DNA of 64,000 bases from Candidatus Marinacidobacterales bacterium (GCA_965224085.1 CBDCYI010000011.1:1637188-1701187), one strand, 5' to 3'; shown: positions 40,184 through 50,791, numbered from the stretch's first letter. Notes: generated by a model not told the origin, from the letters alone. Program-made: numbers and translations.

Positions 40184-41296
40184 TTAGACGGGAGGGCGAT
40201 TGCCTTCGCCGTAACCCGTGAGCTCAACGAAGCCGCGCCCGAGCGCTTCTCCATGAGAGCCCGTCACTGAGATCGTCACGGCGCCTTCCCAGTAATAGAC
40301 GCCGCCCAAAAAAAGGCTATTGTTCTCCTGGTCGTCGACGAGCGCGCGGACGTCGAGCTCCAAGCCTTCTGAAGGCAGGTGCACCCGCCACGCCACTGGG
40401 TAACGCGCTTCGGTAGAAGGACTCACCCAGTGCCGTCTCGCCTCGAAGGAAAAATCTTCGAGCTCGAGATAGCGCGCCTCACCATCCGGCGACACGACGG
40501 TGCCTTTCGCGTAGTCGGTCGTGCCGTCTTCCCGCCTCATGATGTAGAGCATCAGCTCTCGCCCGTCGTCGAGCTGCAAGCTGAACCAGTCCCAGCCCAC
40601 TTGCTGGGGCGCAAGCTGGGACGAGCTGAACTCTTTGTCCATCCAGCTCTCCCCCACCACATCGAACCGCTCGCCGCCCATCGTGAGCTCGCCCGACGTC
40701 TCGAGACGGGTATAGCTGTAGTATTGGCTCGCCGCGCCGCTCTCCTTCCCCTTCCGGCTGAACCCACCTGGCCCTTGAAAGATGCGCGGTTTGGCAGCTC
40801 GGGTCGTAAGCTCGAAGCCTATCTCGAGACGGTCGTCGCGCGCGGCAATACGAAAGCCGTCCCCGGTAAAGTCGAGCGTCCAAAACGCTTTCGTGCCTGC
40901 CGGCCCGCGCGACCACCCGATGCGCCCCTCGGGATCGTGGTCAAACGACGCGAGGAGTGGCGTCTCCCGATAGAGCACTTCACTGAAAACATGCCGCCCG
41001 CTCTCGAGATCGGTTACCGCCGCGTGCCCCATGATGACGTGGCTCGACGCCCAGTCCGAGTCGAGGGCGAGCTCAATGGGCTCGCTGACGATGCCGATAC
41101 GAAAGAACGTGAACTGATAGCCGAACGTGCGCCCCGCTCCTTCGAGATGCCCGGTGAAATACCACCACTCAGTGCGATAGCCGTCATGCGCCCAGTGATC
41201 CCGCGGAAAAGACCACGCATAGTCGGGCACCGCAACGCGCCATTCTTCGGCAGGCGGCATCAGAACGAGTGCTGTAATGGCCAAAGCGCGAAGCAT
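40184..41296 (-). CDS. AttH/CrtC-like lipocalin-fold secreted protein
   Basis: FPRDH..H...TEWWY, YYSYTR, SWMDKEFS, GWDWF, YWEG, GFVELTGY. Confidence 0.88.
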   Translation of the reverse strand: MLRALAITALVLMPPAEEWRVAVPDYAWSFPRDHWAHDGYRTEWWYFTGHLEGAGRTFGYQFTFFRIGIVSEPIELALDSDWASSHVIMGHAAVTDLESGRHVFSEVLYRETPLLASFDHDPEGRIGWSRGPAGTKAFWTLDFTGDGFRIAARDDRLEIGFELTTRAAKPRIFQGPGGFSRKGKESGAASQYYSYTRLETSGELTMGGERFDVVGESWMDKEFSSSQLAPQQVGWDWFSLQLDDGRELMLYIMRREDGTTDYAKGTVVSPDGEARYLELEDFSFEARRHWVSPSTEARYPVAWRVHLPSEGLELDVRALVDDQENNSLFLGGVYYWEGAVTISVTGSHGEALGRGFVELTGYGEGNRPPV

Positions 41297-41297
41297 G

Positions 41298-43799
41298 CTA
41301 AAGGTCCTCCCGCCGTAGCTCCGTTGCCGGGACACGGCTAGCGACCCGCGCGGGGTAAAGACTCGCGAGCACCGAAGCCGCGAGAATGACTAGGCTCTGT
41401 TGCAATAGCAGCCCGATGGGCCAGTGCACCGCGATGGTCCACCCGAAGAACGCACGGTTTACGACGTAAATCAAGATGAAGGCAAAGACGACCCCGGCGA
41501 GGCTCCCGATCACGATGCCCACGAGGGCCATCCCTAGTCCTTTGCCGAGAAACACACGAAAGATCTGGAGTCGGGACGCACCGAGCGCTCGATAGAGCGC
41601 GAGCTCCGACGCACGCTCCCGTGCGAGCACGATGAGCGTCAGCGCCACTCCCGTGACTGCGATGAGAAGGCTCATGTAGCGGAGAAGGCTTGTTACCGCG
41701 AAAGTCTGGTCGAACACGCGTAGGGCTTGCTCCCGCAAGCGCCGGTTGCTGCGGATGGCGAGCGGTACGTCGGCGAGGCTCGCTTTGAGCTCGTCCACCA
41801 CACGCTCCGAATCCACGCCGTCTTCGAGATAGAGCGCGACGTTGTTGACGGGTCCCGCGCCGAAATGCTTTGCCATCGTCTCGAGATGCGTGAAGGCAGA
41901 GCCGAGCTCGCTGCTGTAATCGTAGTAGATACCTTTGATCGGAAGCACCACCGGCCCCTGGGGTCCGTCTATGACGAGATCGTCCCCGACGCTCAAACGC
42001 TCCTTCCGTGCGAGCGGCTCCCCCACCAACACGCCGCCGGGCGCAGCACCCAGCGCCTCACCGTCGAGAAGGGCGAAGGGCGCGTCCTCGCCGGGCGCGC
42101 GAGCGTCGACCCCGGCGAACGAGAACCGGCGCCCGTTCGTATAGGCAAAAAACTGCCGCAAACGATCCACGTGCTCCACCGCGGGATGGCGAGTGAGAAC
42201 TTCGATGACGGAAGCGTCCAACACGGCTCGGCGGCGCGAGCGACGCCACGCAGGCGTCGAGACATAGACATCAGCCTGGACCGTGGCCTCGATCCAGATC
42301 GCGAGGGTCTCGCGGAAGCTCGCGACCAGCGTCGTCACACCGACAACCATGCTCACCGCGATGGCAAGCGCCGCGATGGCGACAGGCGTCGTCTGGAGCT
42401 GCTTTCCGAGACCTTTCATCCCGTAGGCCAGGCCGAAAGATCGTACGTGCAAGAGTCGGGTCGCGCCTTGGACGACGAGGGGCGTCACCAACGGGACCGC
42501 CGCTATGAGAAGAAAGGCCTGGATGAAGCCTGCAGGCCTGAAGCGATCGCCCACGAGCAAGTAGATAATTCCCAGCAAGGACATGAGCCCAACGCCCAGC
42601 AGGAACGAGCGCGGCGCGCGGGCGCCGACACGCTCATGGAGCGAAAAAGCAGCCAGGAGGGAGCGCGTGTCTTTTCGTCCGAGCTCGAGCGCCGGCATAA
42701 GCGCGCCGAGACCCGCGCCGCACATTCCCACAGCCGCCGCCAACAAAAAGAACCAAGCCGGCACTTCGAGCGTGTGGATAGCGTCGAGCAGGTAAAGATT
42801 CGTGACGGTGGCGCTTACCCGATCGACATTGGCATCCGCGGCGAGATAGCCGAGCGGCATCCCGACCGCGACCCCCAGCAATCCCAGCAGGAGCACGTCG
42901 CCGACCAAAAGCCCCATGACTTGGCGATGGGTCGCGCCGAGCGAGCGCAGGAGTCCGAACTCGGTGCGCCGCCGGACGAGGTTCGCTTGAGTCGAGCTGA
43001 AGACGAGAAACCCGCCGACGAAGAGGCTGATGAGACTCAAGGCGGTGAGGTTGAGACGAAAAGCACTCAGAAGATCGGACGCTTGCTGCTCGCGCTGCTC
43101 GGGTGTGAGAACGAGAACTTGGGTACCGAGGCTGCGCTCGAGCTCGGCAATCACGTCGTGTTGGTCAGCGTCTTCGAGGATCTTGACGTCGATTTGATGG
43201 AGCTCCCCCCGTGCCCCGAAGAGCGACTGCGCCTGGGCGATGTCCATGACGGCGAGCCGCGGGCTCGCGAGGGGCGTCGCTTTCTGAAAGTCGGAGAAGG
43301 CGCCGATGACGAGCTCCGCTTTGCGCGCGCCGACGCTGACTTCGAGGCGATGGCCGAGCTCCCAGCCTTTCTCGCGCGCGAGCGTGGGCGTGACCGCCAC
43401 CCAGCCCGGTTTGCCGAGCGCGTCCGAGAGATCTACAGACGCGCCCTCCCACGGTACGTCCATGGGTGTAAAGAAGTCGACGCCCATCACTTCGAGATAG
43501 AAATCTTCGGCGGCGACATCGAGCCGCAAGAGAGGCCAGGCGGCCTCGACCCCAGGCGTTGCGAGAACGCGCGGATAGGTGTCCTCCGAGAGCGGGGGCA
43601 TCTTGCCGAGGATGGTGACATCCGCGTCCCCGCTCACCGCCCGCATGCTGCCGCTGAAGGCGCTGAGAGCGTTCAAGTTGATGATCTGGATCGACACGAC
43701 GGCCGCGACGCCAATCGAAACACCGAAAAGGCTCAGCGCGAAGAGGCTCAAACCTCCACGAAGCTGCGCTCTCAGCGCGCGAAGGAAGTAGCGGATCAC
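41298..43799 (-). CDS. Duplicated FtsX-like ABC permease (AttF/G-like)
   Basis: Two MacB/FtsX halves; RRTEFGLLRSLGA, DIAQAQ. Confidence 0.9.
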   Translation of the reverse strand: MIRYFLRALRAQLRGGLSLFALSLFGVSIGVAAVVSIQIINLNALSAFSGSMRAVSGDADVTILGKMPPLSEDTYPRVLATPGVEAAWPLLRLDVAAEDFYLEVMGVDFFTPMDVPWEGASVDLSDALGKPGWVAVTPTLAREKGWELGHRLEVSVGARKAELVIGAFSDFQKATPLASPRLAVMDIAQAQSLFGARGELHQIDVKILEDADQHDVIAELERSLGTQVLVLTPEQREQQASDLLSAFRLNLTALSLISLFVGGFLVFSSTQANLVRRRTEFGLLRSLGATHRQVMGLLVGDVLLLGLLGVAVGMPLGYLAADANVDRVSATVTNLYLLDAIHTLEVPAWFFLLAAAVGMCGAGLGALMPALELGRKDTRSLLAAFSLHERVGARAPRSFLLGVGLMSLLGIIYLLVGDRFRPAGFIQAFLLIAAVPLVTPLVVQGATRLLHVRSFGLAYGMKGLGKQLQTTPVAIAALAIAVSMVVGVTTLVASFRETLAIWIEATVQADVYVSTPAWRRSRRRAVLDASVIEVLTRHPAVEHVDRLRQFFAYTNGRRFSFAGVDARAPGEDAPFALLDGEALGAAPGGVLVGEPLARKERLSVGDDLVIDGPQGPVVLPIKGIYYDYSSELGSAFTHLETMAKHFGAGPVNNVALYLEDGVDSERVVDELKASLADVPLAIRSNRRLREQALRVFDQTFAVTSLLRYMSLLIAVTGVALTLIVLARERASELALYRALGASRLQIFRVFLGKGLGMALVGIVIGSLAGVVFAFILIYVVNRAFFGWTIAVHWPIGLLLQQSLVILAASVLASLYPARVASRVPATELRREDL

Positions 43800-44473
43800 G
43801 ACCGGTCGAGCTTCCCGCTATGAAGCTCGAGCCGCTCGTCCGCCTGGGCCGCCTGCTCGTCGCTATGGGTCACGTAAAGGAGGGTCCCCTGCTCTTCGTC
43901 GACGAGCTTCACCAGAAGATCCATGACGATCTCCGAATTATCGTCATCGAGATTCCCCGTGGGCTCGTCCGCGAGCAGCAAGCGCGGCTTGCGCAAAAGA
44001 GCGCGGCAAATAGCAACGCGCTGCATCTCGCCACCGCTCAGCTTCGACGCTTCCTGAGACGCATGCGCGGTGAGCCCGACCCGTTCGAGAAGATCGCGCC
44101 CGCGCTCTTCGATCCCAGCATCCGAAGCGATCCACGCAGGAAGCGACACGTTCTCCCAAACGGTGAGGTGCGGCAGAAGGTAAAAGAATTGAAAAACGAG
44201 CCCGACACCGTCGCGCCGAACGAGCGTTCGCTCGCGCTCGGAGAGCTCACCGAGATCGCGCCCCGCAAAAGACACCGACCCCGTGCTCGGCACGTCGATG
44301 CCCGCCGCGAGATGGAGGAGCGTCGATTTGCCGCTCCCGCTCCTCCCGGTGATTGCGAGCGTTTTTCCAGGATGGATGGCGAAGGAGACGTCATCGAGCG
44401 CTTTGAGAACCCCGGCATTCGGCTGAGGGTAGTGTTTGGAAACGTTCTTGAACTCGAGGACGGGCTCCATCAC
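43796..44473 (-). CDS. ABC ATP-binding protein (LolD/AttE-like)
   Basis: [23 protein letters not shown]. Confidence 0.95.
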   Translation of the reverse strand: MMEPVLEFKNVSKHYPQPNAGVLKALDDVSFAIHPGKTLAITGRSGSGKSTLLHLAAGIDVPSTGSVSFAGRDLGELSERERTLVRRDGVGLVFQFFYLLPHLTVWENVSLPAWIASDAGIEERGRDLLERVGLTAHASQEASKLSGGEMQRVAICRALLRKPRLLLADEPTGNLDDDNSEIVMDLLVKLVDEEQGTLLYVTHSDEQAAQADERLELHSGKLDRS

Positions 44474-45033
44474 TTATAAAGAGCCTGCACTTCCTTGAAG
44501 CGAGGATGTTTCGCGTCGCCGAGAAGCTCGAACGCCGCAGCTTCGGCCGTGGTGAGCACCGCGCCAGAGCGCTCCATCTTGCGCAGGGCGTAGTCACGGT
44601 CGCGCGTCTTGCGTGACGCGATCGCATCGACCGCGACATGCACGAGAATGCCCCTCTGGATGAGGTCGTGCACGGTCTGGCTCACGCAAACATGCGTTTC
44701 GATCCCGCAGACCATCGCTTGCTCCGTCCCGAGCTCCTCGAGCCGCGAAGAGACGGCGTCGCTCCCGCAAGAGCTGAAGCACGTTTTCTCGAACGGTGCT
44801 GCGGCACTCCCGAGCGCCTCGCCGAGCGCTTCGACCGTGCGGCCGAGCCCTTTCGGATATTGCTCGGTCACGATGATGGGAAGCTCGAGCGCTCGAAACG
44901 TCGAGACAAGGCGGATGCTCGCGGCCGCCATGTCCTCGAAGCCGGAAATAGCGTCCTTGAAGCGCTCTTGGATGTCCACAACAATGAGACCCACCCGTTC
45001 TGGGTCGAGAATACGAGGATGTTTTCGACTCAT
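44470..45033 (-). CDS. Isochorismatase-family hydrolase
   Basis: VDIQE, TEQYPKGLG, K..FS, GIETHVCV. Confidence 0.9.
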   Translation of the reverse strand: MSRKHPRILDPERVGLIVVDIQERFKDAISGFEDMAAASIRLVSTFRALELPIIVTEQYPKGLGRTVEALGEALGSAAAPFEKTCFSSCGSDAVSSRLEELGTEQAMVCGIETHVCVSQTVHDLIQRGILVHVAVDAIASRKTRDRDYALRKMERSGAVLTTAEAAAFELLGDAKHPRFKEVQALYK

Positions 45034-45112
45034 AGCTTCACCTTGAATTTTTTCACGCATGGGTGTAATTCGCCACAACGTCCCCGCCAGTCCCGCGTGC
45101 TACATTCTCTCT

Positions 45113-46189
45113 ATGGACGAAGGCATCCTCTATAACGCCAATATCGCCTCGCGGGAGCTCATCCCCGCCCCGAACGAGGTGCGCGAGCAATATCCCGCGA
45201 CGCCGAAGGCACAGGAGACCGTGCTCGGGACGCGGCACGCGATCCGTCAGATCCTGACCCAAGAGGATCCTCGGCTGCTCGTCGTCGTCGGGCCGTGCTC
45301 GGTCCACGACCTCGACGCCGCGATGGAATATGCCGAGCGGCTGAAAGGCCTCGCGGATGAAGTGAACGACACGCTCCTCGTCATCATGCGCGTCTACTTC
45401 GAAAAGCCACGCACGAGCGTCGGATGGAAAGGCCTCATCAACGACCCGCACATGGACGATTCGTTCCGCATCGCCGAGGGGCTCAAGATGGCGCGGGAAT
45501 TTCTCCTGCGACTTGCCGAACTCGGGCTCGGCGTCGGAACGGAAGCGCTGGATCCCATTACGCCGCAATATTTGAGCGATCTCGTTTCCTGGGCGGCCAT
45601 CGGCGCGCGCACGACCGAGTCCCAGACCCATCGCGAAATCGCCAGCGGTCTCTCGGCGCCCGTCGGCTTCAAGAACGGCACGGACGGCAATATCGACGTC
45701 GCCATCAACGGGCTCAAAGCGGCAGCCTCCCCGCAAAGCTTTCTCGGCGTGACCGTCGAAGGCCGCTGCGCCGTCTTCCACACCCGGGGCAACCCTTTCG
45801 GCCACATCATCCTCCGCGGCGGCAACCGGCCGAACTACGATTCGGTGAGTGTCGCGATGTGCGAGCAAGCGCTCGCGAAAGCCGGCTTACGCCTAAACAT
45901 CGTGATCGATTGCAGCCACGGAAACTCGCTCAAGCAGCACGACGTGCAGCCGCTCGTTCTGACGAACATCGTCCGCCAGATCCGGGACGGTAACACGTCC
46001 ATCGCCGGAGTCATGCTCGAAAGCAACTTAGAGGCAGGGCGGCAGGACATCCCCGAGGACCGCAGCCAGCTGCGCCGCGGCGTCTCGGTCACGGACGCTT
46101 GCATCGATTGGAAGACCACGGAGACAGCTTTGCGCGAGGCGCGGTTACAGCTCGGGGCTGTCCTACCGGCGCGACGTCCACCGGCTTAG
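45113..46189 (+). CDS. aroG: Class I DAHP synthase
   Basis: GPCSVHD, RVYFEKPRT, IGARTTESQ, DCSHGNS, SVTDAC. Confidence 0.93.
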   Translation: MDEGILYNANIASRELIPAPNEVREQYPATPKAQETVLGTRHAIRQILTQEDPRLLVVVGPCSVHDLDAAMEYAERLKGLADEVNDTLLVIMRVYFEKPRTSVGWKGLINDPHMDDSFRIAEGLKMAREFLLRLAELGLGVGTEALDPITPQYLSDLVSWAAIGARTTESQTHREIASGLSAPVGFKNGTDGNIDVAINGLKAAASPQSFLGVTVEGRCAVFHTRGNPFGHIILRGGNRPNYDSVSVAMCEQALAKAGLRLNIVIDCSHGNSLKQHDVQPLVLTNIVRQIRDGNTSIAGVMLESNLEAGRQDIPEDRSQLRRGVSVTDACIDWKTTETALREARLQLGAVLPARRPPA

Positions 46190-46195
46190 CTTCCC

Positions 46196-47506
46196 TCAGC
46201 GCGCCGCGCCCGCACGGCTCGCCCTCTCCAGCAAATCCATCGTGTAGAGCACGAAGCCGAGCGCGATGAGAAAGACCTTCCAAGCACCTCCCCTCTCCGC
46301 CCAGGCCGCGCCGTTCGAAAAGAAAATCACCGCGAGCACCCCGAGCGACGCGAGAAGATAAATCGCCCCGCGTCCGTGCGCTCCGACAACGACCAACAAC
46401 TGGTACACGGTCATGAGTACCGTGAACGCAAAAAGAAACGCCGTGAAAGTGGGCATATCTCCTGGCCCGTTCACAGACGTGAGTGGCGCGTTCATCACTG
46501 CGAGGACAGGCGGCGCCACGAGAAAGGACGCGTTCGGGTAAGCGGAGAGCAAACGGGTCGTGTTGTTCACGAACGGAAGAACCACCAGAACGAAAGTGCA
46601 TGCGGTCGTAAACGCAATGAGGCGCCCGGGGCCCAAGGCTTCGAGCTCGACGAAAACCGCCGCGAGCGCTACCGCAAGCGCCATTCCCGCGTAGAAACTC
46701 GTGCGGCGTACGAGCGATCTCGTCCAAAGACCTGCTTGCTGCAAACGCACGAGCGCTACCACGAAAATCAAGCCGGCAAGTACGAGAAGCAGCAATGACG
46801 TCAGCACGAGCGGGGCTGTGTCGTTGATGCCGAACCAGGCATCGGGCCATTGGGTCGCACCGATGAGAAGCGCAAGGGACAAAACGGCCCACTTTTGGGA
46901 GGCGACGAAGCCCCGGGCTTCCGGGGCGCTCAGACAAGGCGTTATGGGGAGATGCAGAAACTTGGATTGCAGCAGCAGGTAGCGTAGGAAGAGCATCGCG
47001 GCGGCGAGGACCAAGCCGGCGCGCAAGTACGGGGAGACCCCGTCCCAGACGAACACGATGGCGAAAACAAAAAACGCCGCTAGCAAGTTTCGGCGGATGA
47101 CGTGCTGAAGGACGATTCCGTCTTCGTTTTCCGCTCCCGGCAGGTAATAGGTGGCCGCGCGGCCGCCGGCGCGGATCGCGAGCGCGCCGCCTGCGACTGA
47201 GCACAAGAGCCAGAGCGCAAGCGCACCCGGTCCAGGCTGTCCGGCGCCGGCGATCCTCCCTCCCCACGCCACCGCGGCCACTGCGGGAAGCCAGAGAGAA
47301 AGCCGCAGCGGACGGGTCGACGATGGCGCGAGGAAAAAGCCCGCAGCCGTCAAAACGAGAATGACGCGGCGGGCGTCGCCCACGTGAGGCCGATATTGGT
47401 AGACGAGGAGCGAAACGGCGACGAGCGCCGTCAGGAGAAGCGCTCTACTTCGCCAAGGCCGCCAAGAGCCCGAGGTCCGTGTAGAAGAACTGTCGCTTAA
47501 TGTCAC
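46196..47506 (-). CDS. Multi-pass membrane hypothetical protein (start uncertain)
   Basis: Long hydrophobic ORF in operon orientation. Confidence 0.65.
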   Translation of the reverse strand: MTLSDSSSTRTSGSWRPWRSRALLLTALVAVSLLVYQYRPHVGDARRVILVLTAAGFFLAPSSTRPLRLSLWLPAVAAVAWGGRIAGAGQPGPGALALWLLCSVAGGALAIRAGGRAATYYLPGAENEDGIVLQHVIRRNLLAAFFVFAIVFVWDGVSPYLRAGLVLAAAMLFLRYLLLQSKFLHLPITPCLSAPEARGFVASQKWAVLSLALLIGATQWPDAWFGINDTAPLVLTSLLLLVLAGLIFVVALVRLQQAGLWTRSLVRRTSFYAGMALAVALAAVFVELEALGPGRLIAFTTACTFVLVVLPFVNNTTRLLSAYPNASFLVAPPVLAVMNAPLTSVNGPGDMPTFTAFLFAFTVLMTVYQLLVVVGAHGRGAIYLLASLGVLAVIFFSNGAAWAERGGAWKVFLIALGFVLYTMDLLERASRAGAAR

Positions 47507-48425
47507 TCACCGGGGTTCCGTCGATCTCGGCATAGGGGTAGATGAAGAAGTTTAAAGGACCGCCCGCCTGCTTCGGGTTGAGCGTGATGTCCCGGCCCAC
47601 CGTGAACGCCACGCGGTTCTCGTCATGCGCGCCGAAGAAATATTCGCGTTTGTCGGGATTCTTGTTCGCTTCGGACGTGTCGACCGGCACCCAACCGTAG
47701 CCGGGCACGAAGAACTCGGCCCAGCAGTGATAGCCGGCCACTTCGCCTTCTCCGCGATCGCGCGGGATCGGAAATCCGATGGCGAACTTGGCGGGGATGT
47801 TCACTGCGCGAGCAAAACCGATGAAGACCGCGTGGAAATCCGTGCAGTTGCCTCGCTTCTTGTCGCACGCATAGTAAATATCGCCTTGACCCCACCCCGT
47901 TCCGCTCTTGTCATATTCGAGGTTATCCACCGTGTAGTCGTAGATGGCACGGGCCTTCTCGACTACCGTCGTCTTCCCTTCCGTGACCTCTTCGGCAAGC
48001 TCTCGGATGTAGTCGTCGATGGGCACGAGGCGGTCGGGCTCGAGCCACCGCTTCTCCGCGAATCCGAAAAAGCCGTCGGGATCCTCGAGCTCGGTGAAAT
48101 CGCTCTTGCTCTCGACATGCTCGCGCCGGGTCACGCGAAACTGCATCTCGACACGCAACTTCTCGAGCTCCGTGACTGGCGTTGTCAGAAAGAGCATCGA
48201 GTTCCGATAGGTATATTCCTGATAGACCCTGGTCGATACCGGCGAATCGATGGACAGAAGGCGGACGTCCTGGAAATCGTCCGATGTAGGATATGGGAGC
48301 CACATCTGCAACTTGCCGGAGCCCTCGGGAATCTCGAGCTCAGCGACATAGGTGAACTCGAACGTCCGCTCGTTCGCGACGAGCGAGGACGCGGCCAGCA
48401 AGCCAATGACGACTACTTTCTTCAC
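47445..48425 (-). CDS. Secreted transglutaminase-like protein
   Basis: GTG 48425; GNCTDFH, YHCWAEF, WVPVD triad. Confidence 0.88.
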   Translation of the reverse strand: MKKVVVIGLLAASSLVANERTFEFTYVAELEIPEGSGKLQMWLPYPTSDDFQDVRLLSIDSPVSTRVYQEYTYRNSMLFLTTPVTELEKLRVEMQFRVTRREHVESKSDFTELEDPDGFFGFAEKRWLEPDRLVPIDDYIRELAEEVTEGKTTVVEKARAIYDYTVDNLEYDKSGTGWGQGDIYYACDKKRGNCTDFHAVFIGFARAVNIPAKFAIGFPIPRDRGEGEVAGYHCWAEFFVPGYGWVPVDTSEANKNPDKREYFFGAHDENRVAFTVGRDITLNPKQAGGPLNFFIYPYAEIDGTPVSDIKRQFFYTDLGLLAALAK

Positions 48426-49462
48426 ATCGAGACTCCGTTCCGCGCTGCCACTATCTGTGCCATGATCGATAGCGCGATTTGCTCCGGCGTATGCGAGCCG
48501 ATGGGAAGGCCAATCGGTGCGCGCAGCCGTTCTAGATCTTCCTCTGCAACCCCCCTTTCGATCAAGCGGCGGCATCTCTTTTCGTGCGTGCGCTTGCTCC
48601 CGAGGGCCCCCACGTAAAAGGCGTCGCTCGGGAGCGCGACTTCGAGCGCCGGATCGTCCAGCTTGGGGTCATGAGTCAGCGTCGTGATCGCCGTCGATCG
48701 ATTCAAGCCGAGATGCCTCAACGCCTCGTCCGGCCATTCGCGGATGAGCTTTCCGACATGCGAGAAGCGCTCGTCACTCCCGAAGACCGCGCGCGGATCG
48801 ACGACCACGGTGCGATAGCCGACCGTTTCCGCAATCGTCGTCATCGAAACTGCGACGTGAACGCCCCCGACCATGACGAGCGTTGGCGGCGGGAGCTCGA
48901 CATCGACGAAAAGCTCGGAGCCGTCTTCCAAACGCACGCGCGCGGAACGACCGACCTCGAGCGCCCGGCGCGCCGCTTCGACGAGCGTCCCCTCCTTCGA
49001 GCTCGCTTCTTCGACGACGACACTCGCGCCGAGCGCTTCACCTTCGACGACGACACTCGCGCCGAGCGCTTCACCTTTGACGATCGTTGCTCGAGCAACG
49101 GCTCGCTCTTCACCGAAAGCGCGCCTGAGAGGAACGTAAACCTCGTCCGTGAGCGGCTCGACAAAGATCTCGATCGTCCCGCCGCAGGAAAGCCCGACTT
49201 CCCACGCCGTTTCATCGGCGACGCCAAAATGGAGTAGCTTGGGCTTGCCGCTATCGAGAACTTCGCGGCCCTCCTCGACGACCGCGGACTCGACGCAGCC
49301 GCCGCTCACCGAGCCCGTAATCCGAGCGTCCCGAGTGATCGCCATTTTCGCGCCAGGGCGGCGGGGGCCAGAGCCCCAAGTTTGGATGACCGTCGCAAGA
49401 GCGATGTCCTGCCCTTCGTCGCGCCATTGGTCGACGTCTCTAGCGATGTCTCGAACAGTCAT
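48422..49462 (-). CDS. XdhC/CoxF molybdoenzyme maturation factor
   Basis: TWGS.PR, GSVSGGCVE, CGG, THDPKLDD, YVGALGS. Confidence 0.92.
   Translation of the reverse strand: MTVRDIARDVDQWRDEGQDIALATVIQTWGSGPRRPGAKMAITRDARITGSVSGGCVESAVVEEGREVLDSGKPKLLHFGVADETAWEVGLSCGGTIEIFVEPLTDEVYVPLRRAFGEERAVARATIVKGEALGASVVVEGEALGASVVVEEASSKEGTLVEAARRALEVGRSARVRLEDGSELFVDVELPPPTLVMVGGVHVAVSMTTIAETVGYRTVVVDPRAVFGSDERFSHVGKLIREWPDEALRHLGLNRSTAITTLTHDPKLDDPALEVALPSDAFYVGALGSKRTHEKRCRRLIERGVAEEDLERLRAPIGLPIGSHTPEQIALSIMAQIVAARNGVSM
49010..49077. repeat. 33-bp in-frame tandem duplication in xdhC
   Basis: TTCGACGACGACACTCGCGCCGAGCGCTTCACC x2 (GEALGASVVVE x2). Confidence 0.95.
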
Positions 49463-49474
49463 TTCTGCTTAGTG

Positions 49475-49603
49475 CTCGCTCTCTCTGCGTTCGCTCGCTC
49501 GGCCTTTCGTCGGCCCGTTCGGGCCGGGCTCACTCCGCTCGCGGCAGGCTGCTGATGTAGTCGTTCAGCAGCCTGCTCTCTAACGCTGATACTCGCTCTC
49601 TCT
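49475..49603. repeat. Palindromic intergenic element (MITE/REP-like)
   Basis: CGGCCCG-TT-CGGGCCG; GCAGGCTGCTGA/TCAGCAGCCTGC; flanking CTCGCTCTCTCT direct repeats. Confidence 0.6.
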
Positions 49604-49626
49604 TGACCTCGCGCCGCCCTCAATTT

Positions 49627-50787
49627 TCATCGGCGATCCAGCTTCTCGAGGTGCTGCGCAAGGTCCTCGAGACTCTTCAGATTGTGCACCGGAAGAAAAT
49701 TATCCACGTGCGGGAGCGCCGCCAGCATGCCCCGCGTCAACGGCTCGTATTCCGGCGAGCCCAGAAGCGGGTTCAGCCAGACCAGACGATGACAGCTTCT
49801 GCGGAGCCTGTCCATCTCCTTGGCGAGAACTTCCGGGTCGCCGCGATCCCAGCCATCGCTGATGAGAAGCACGATGGCGCCGCCGCTCAATACCCGCCGC
49901 GCCCAATCGTAGTTGAAGGTAAGGAGGCAGTCTCCAATGCGGGTTCCGCCCGACCAATCAGTAACGGCGCTCGAGACGCCCGATAATGCGCGCTCGACAT
50001 CCCGATCGCGCATGTGTCGGCTCAGCCGGGTGAGCCGCGTGCCGAAGGCGAAGGCTTCGACACGCTGGCCGAGGCCCTGCGTCAAGCTGTAGATGAAATG
50101 CAGAAGAAGTCGGGTGTAGCGCTCCATCGAGCCGCTGATGTCGGCGATGACAACGAGCGGGCGCGGCTTTCGACGTGGCTCGCGGCGGGCGAAGCTCACA
50201 ATTTCGCCGCCGCAGTGGAGGCTCTGCCGCAACGTCCGCCGAAGATCGAGGCGCTTCCCCGCGCCGACGCGCTGGCGTCTCGTAAGACGCTCGCCGAGAC
50301 GCCAAACCAGATCCGCGATGAGCGCCCGGACTTCTCGGATCTCGTCTTCGGTGAGGTCGGAAAAATCGCGCCGCCGGAGCGCCTCACGCGCGCTGTAGCT
50401 CTTCGTCACCTCGATGACGGGCCTCTCCTGCACGTCGTCAGGAAGCCCGGCGCCCGAGCTCTCGGACTCGAGCGGCGGCGGCACCACGAGAGGCTCGGGC
50501 TTCGTTCGTCGCATGCGCCGCCCGTGAATCTCTAGGAGCTTCCACTCTCCGAGCGGCTTTTGCCAGAACATCTCGAAGGCTTGGTCGAAAAGCGGTATGT
50601 CGTCGCGCTGATGAACGAGAAGTGTGCGTGAAGCGTGGTAGAAGTCGGAGCGGAGACCGACCTCGACATACGAGAGCGCCTGGACGAGATCCATCATGCG
50701 CCCAGGATTGACGTCGAGTCCGAGCCCGCGCAGGACACGCCCGAAGAGAACGAGGTTTCGGAGAAGGTGATGAGGCTCTGCGGCCAT
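49627..50787 (-). CDS. coxE: VWA-domain protein CoxE
   Basis: DISGSM, WSGGTRIG, SDGWDRG, WLNPL. Confidence 0.9.
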   Translation of the reverse strand: MAAEPHHLLRNLVLFGRVLRGLGLDVNPGRMMDLVQALSYVEVGLRSDFYHASRTLLVHQRDDIPLFDQAFEMFWQKPLGEWKLLEIHGRRMRRTKPEPLVVPPPLESESSGAGLPDDVQERPVIEVTKSYSAREALRRRDFSDLTEDEIREVRALIADLVWRLGERLTRRQRVGAGKRLDLRRTLRQSLHCGGEIVSFARREPRRKPRPLVVIADISGSMERYTRLLLHFIYSLTQGLGQRVEAFAFGTRLTRLSRHMRDRDVERALSGVSSAVTDWSGGTRIGDCLLTFNYDWARRVLSGGAIVLLISDGWDRGDPEVLAKEMDRLRRSCHRLVWLNPLLGSPEYEPLTRGMLAALPHVDNFLPVHNLKSLEDLAQHLEKLDRR

Positions 50788-50791
50788 GGGG

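Noticed and set aside
41727-43823. Long antisense ORFs (698 aa here; also 18399-19913, 37682-38965, 52959-54464)
   Set aside because: Mirror frames of well-supported genes in GC-rich, palindromic-codon DNA, with no recognisable motifs
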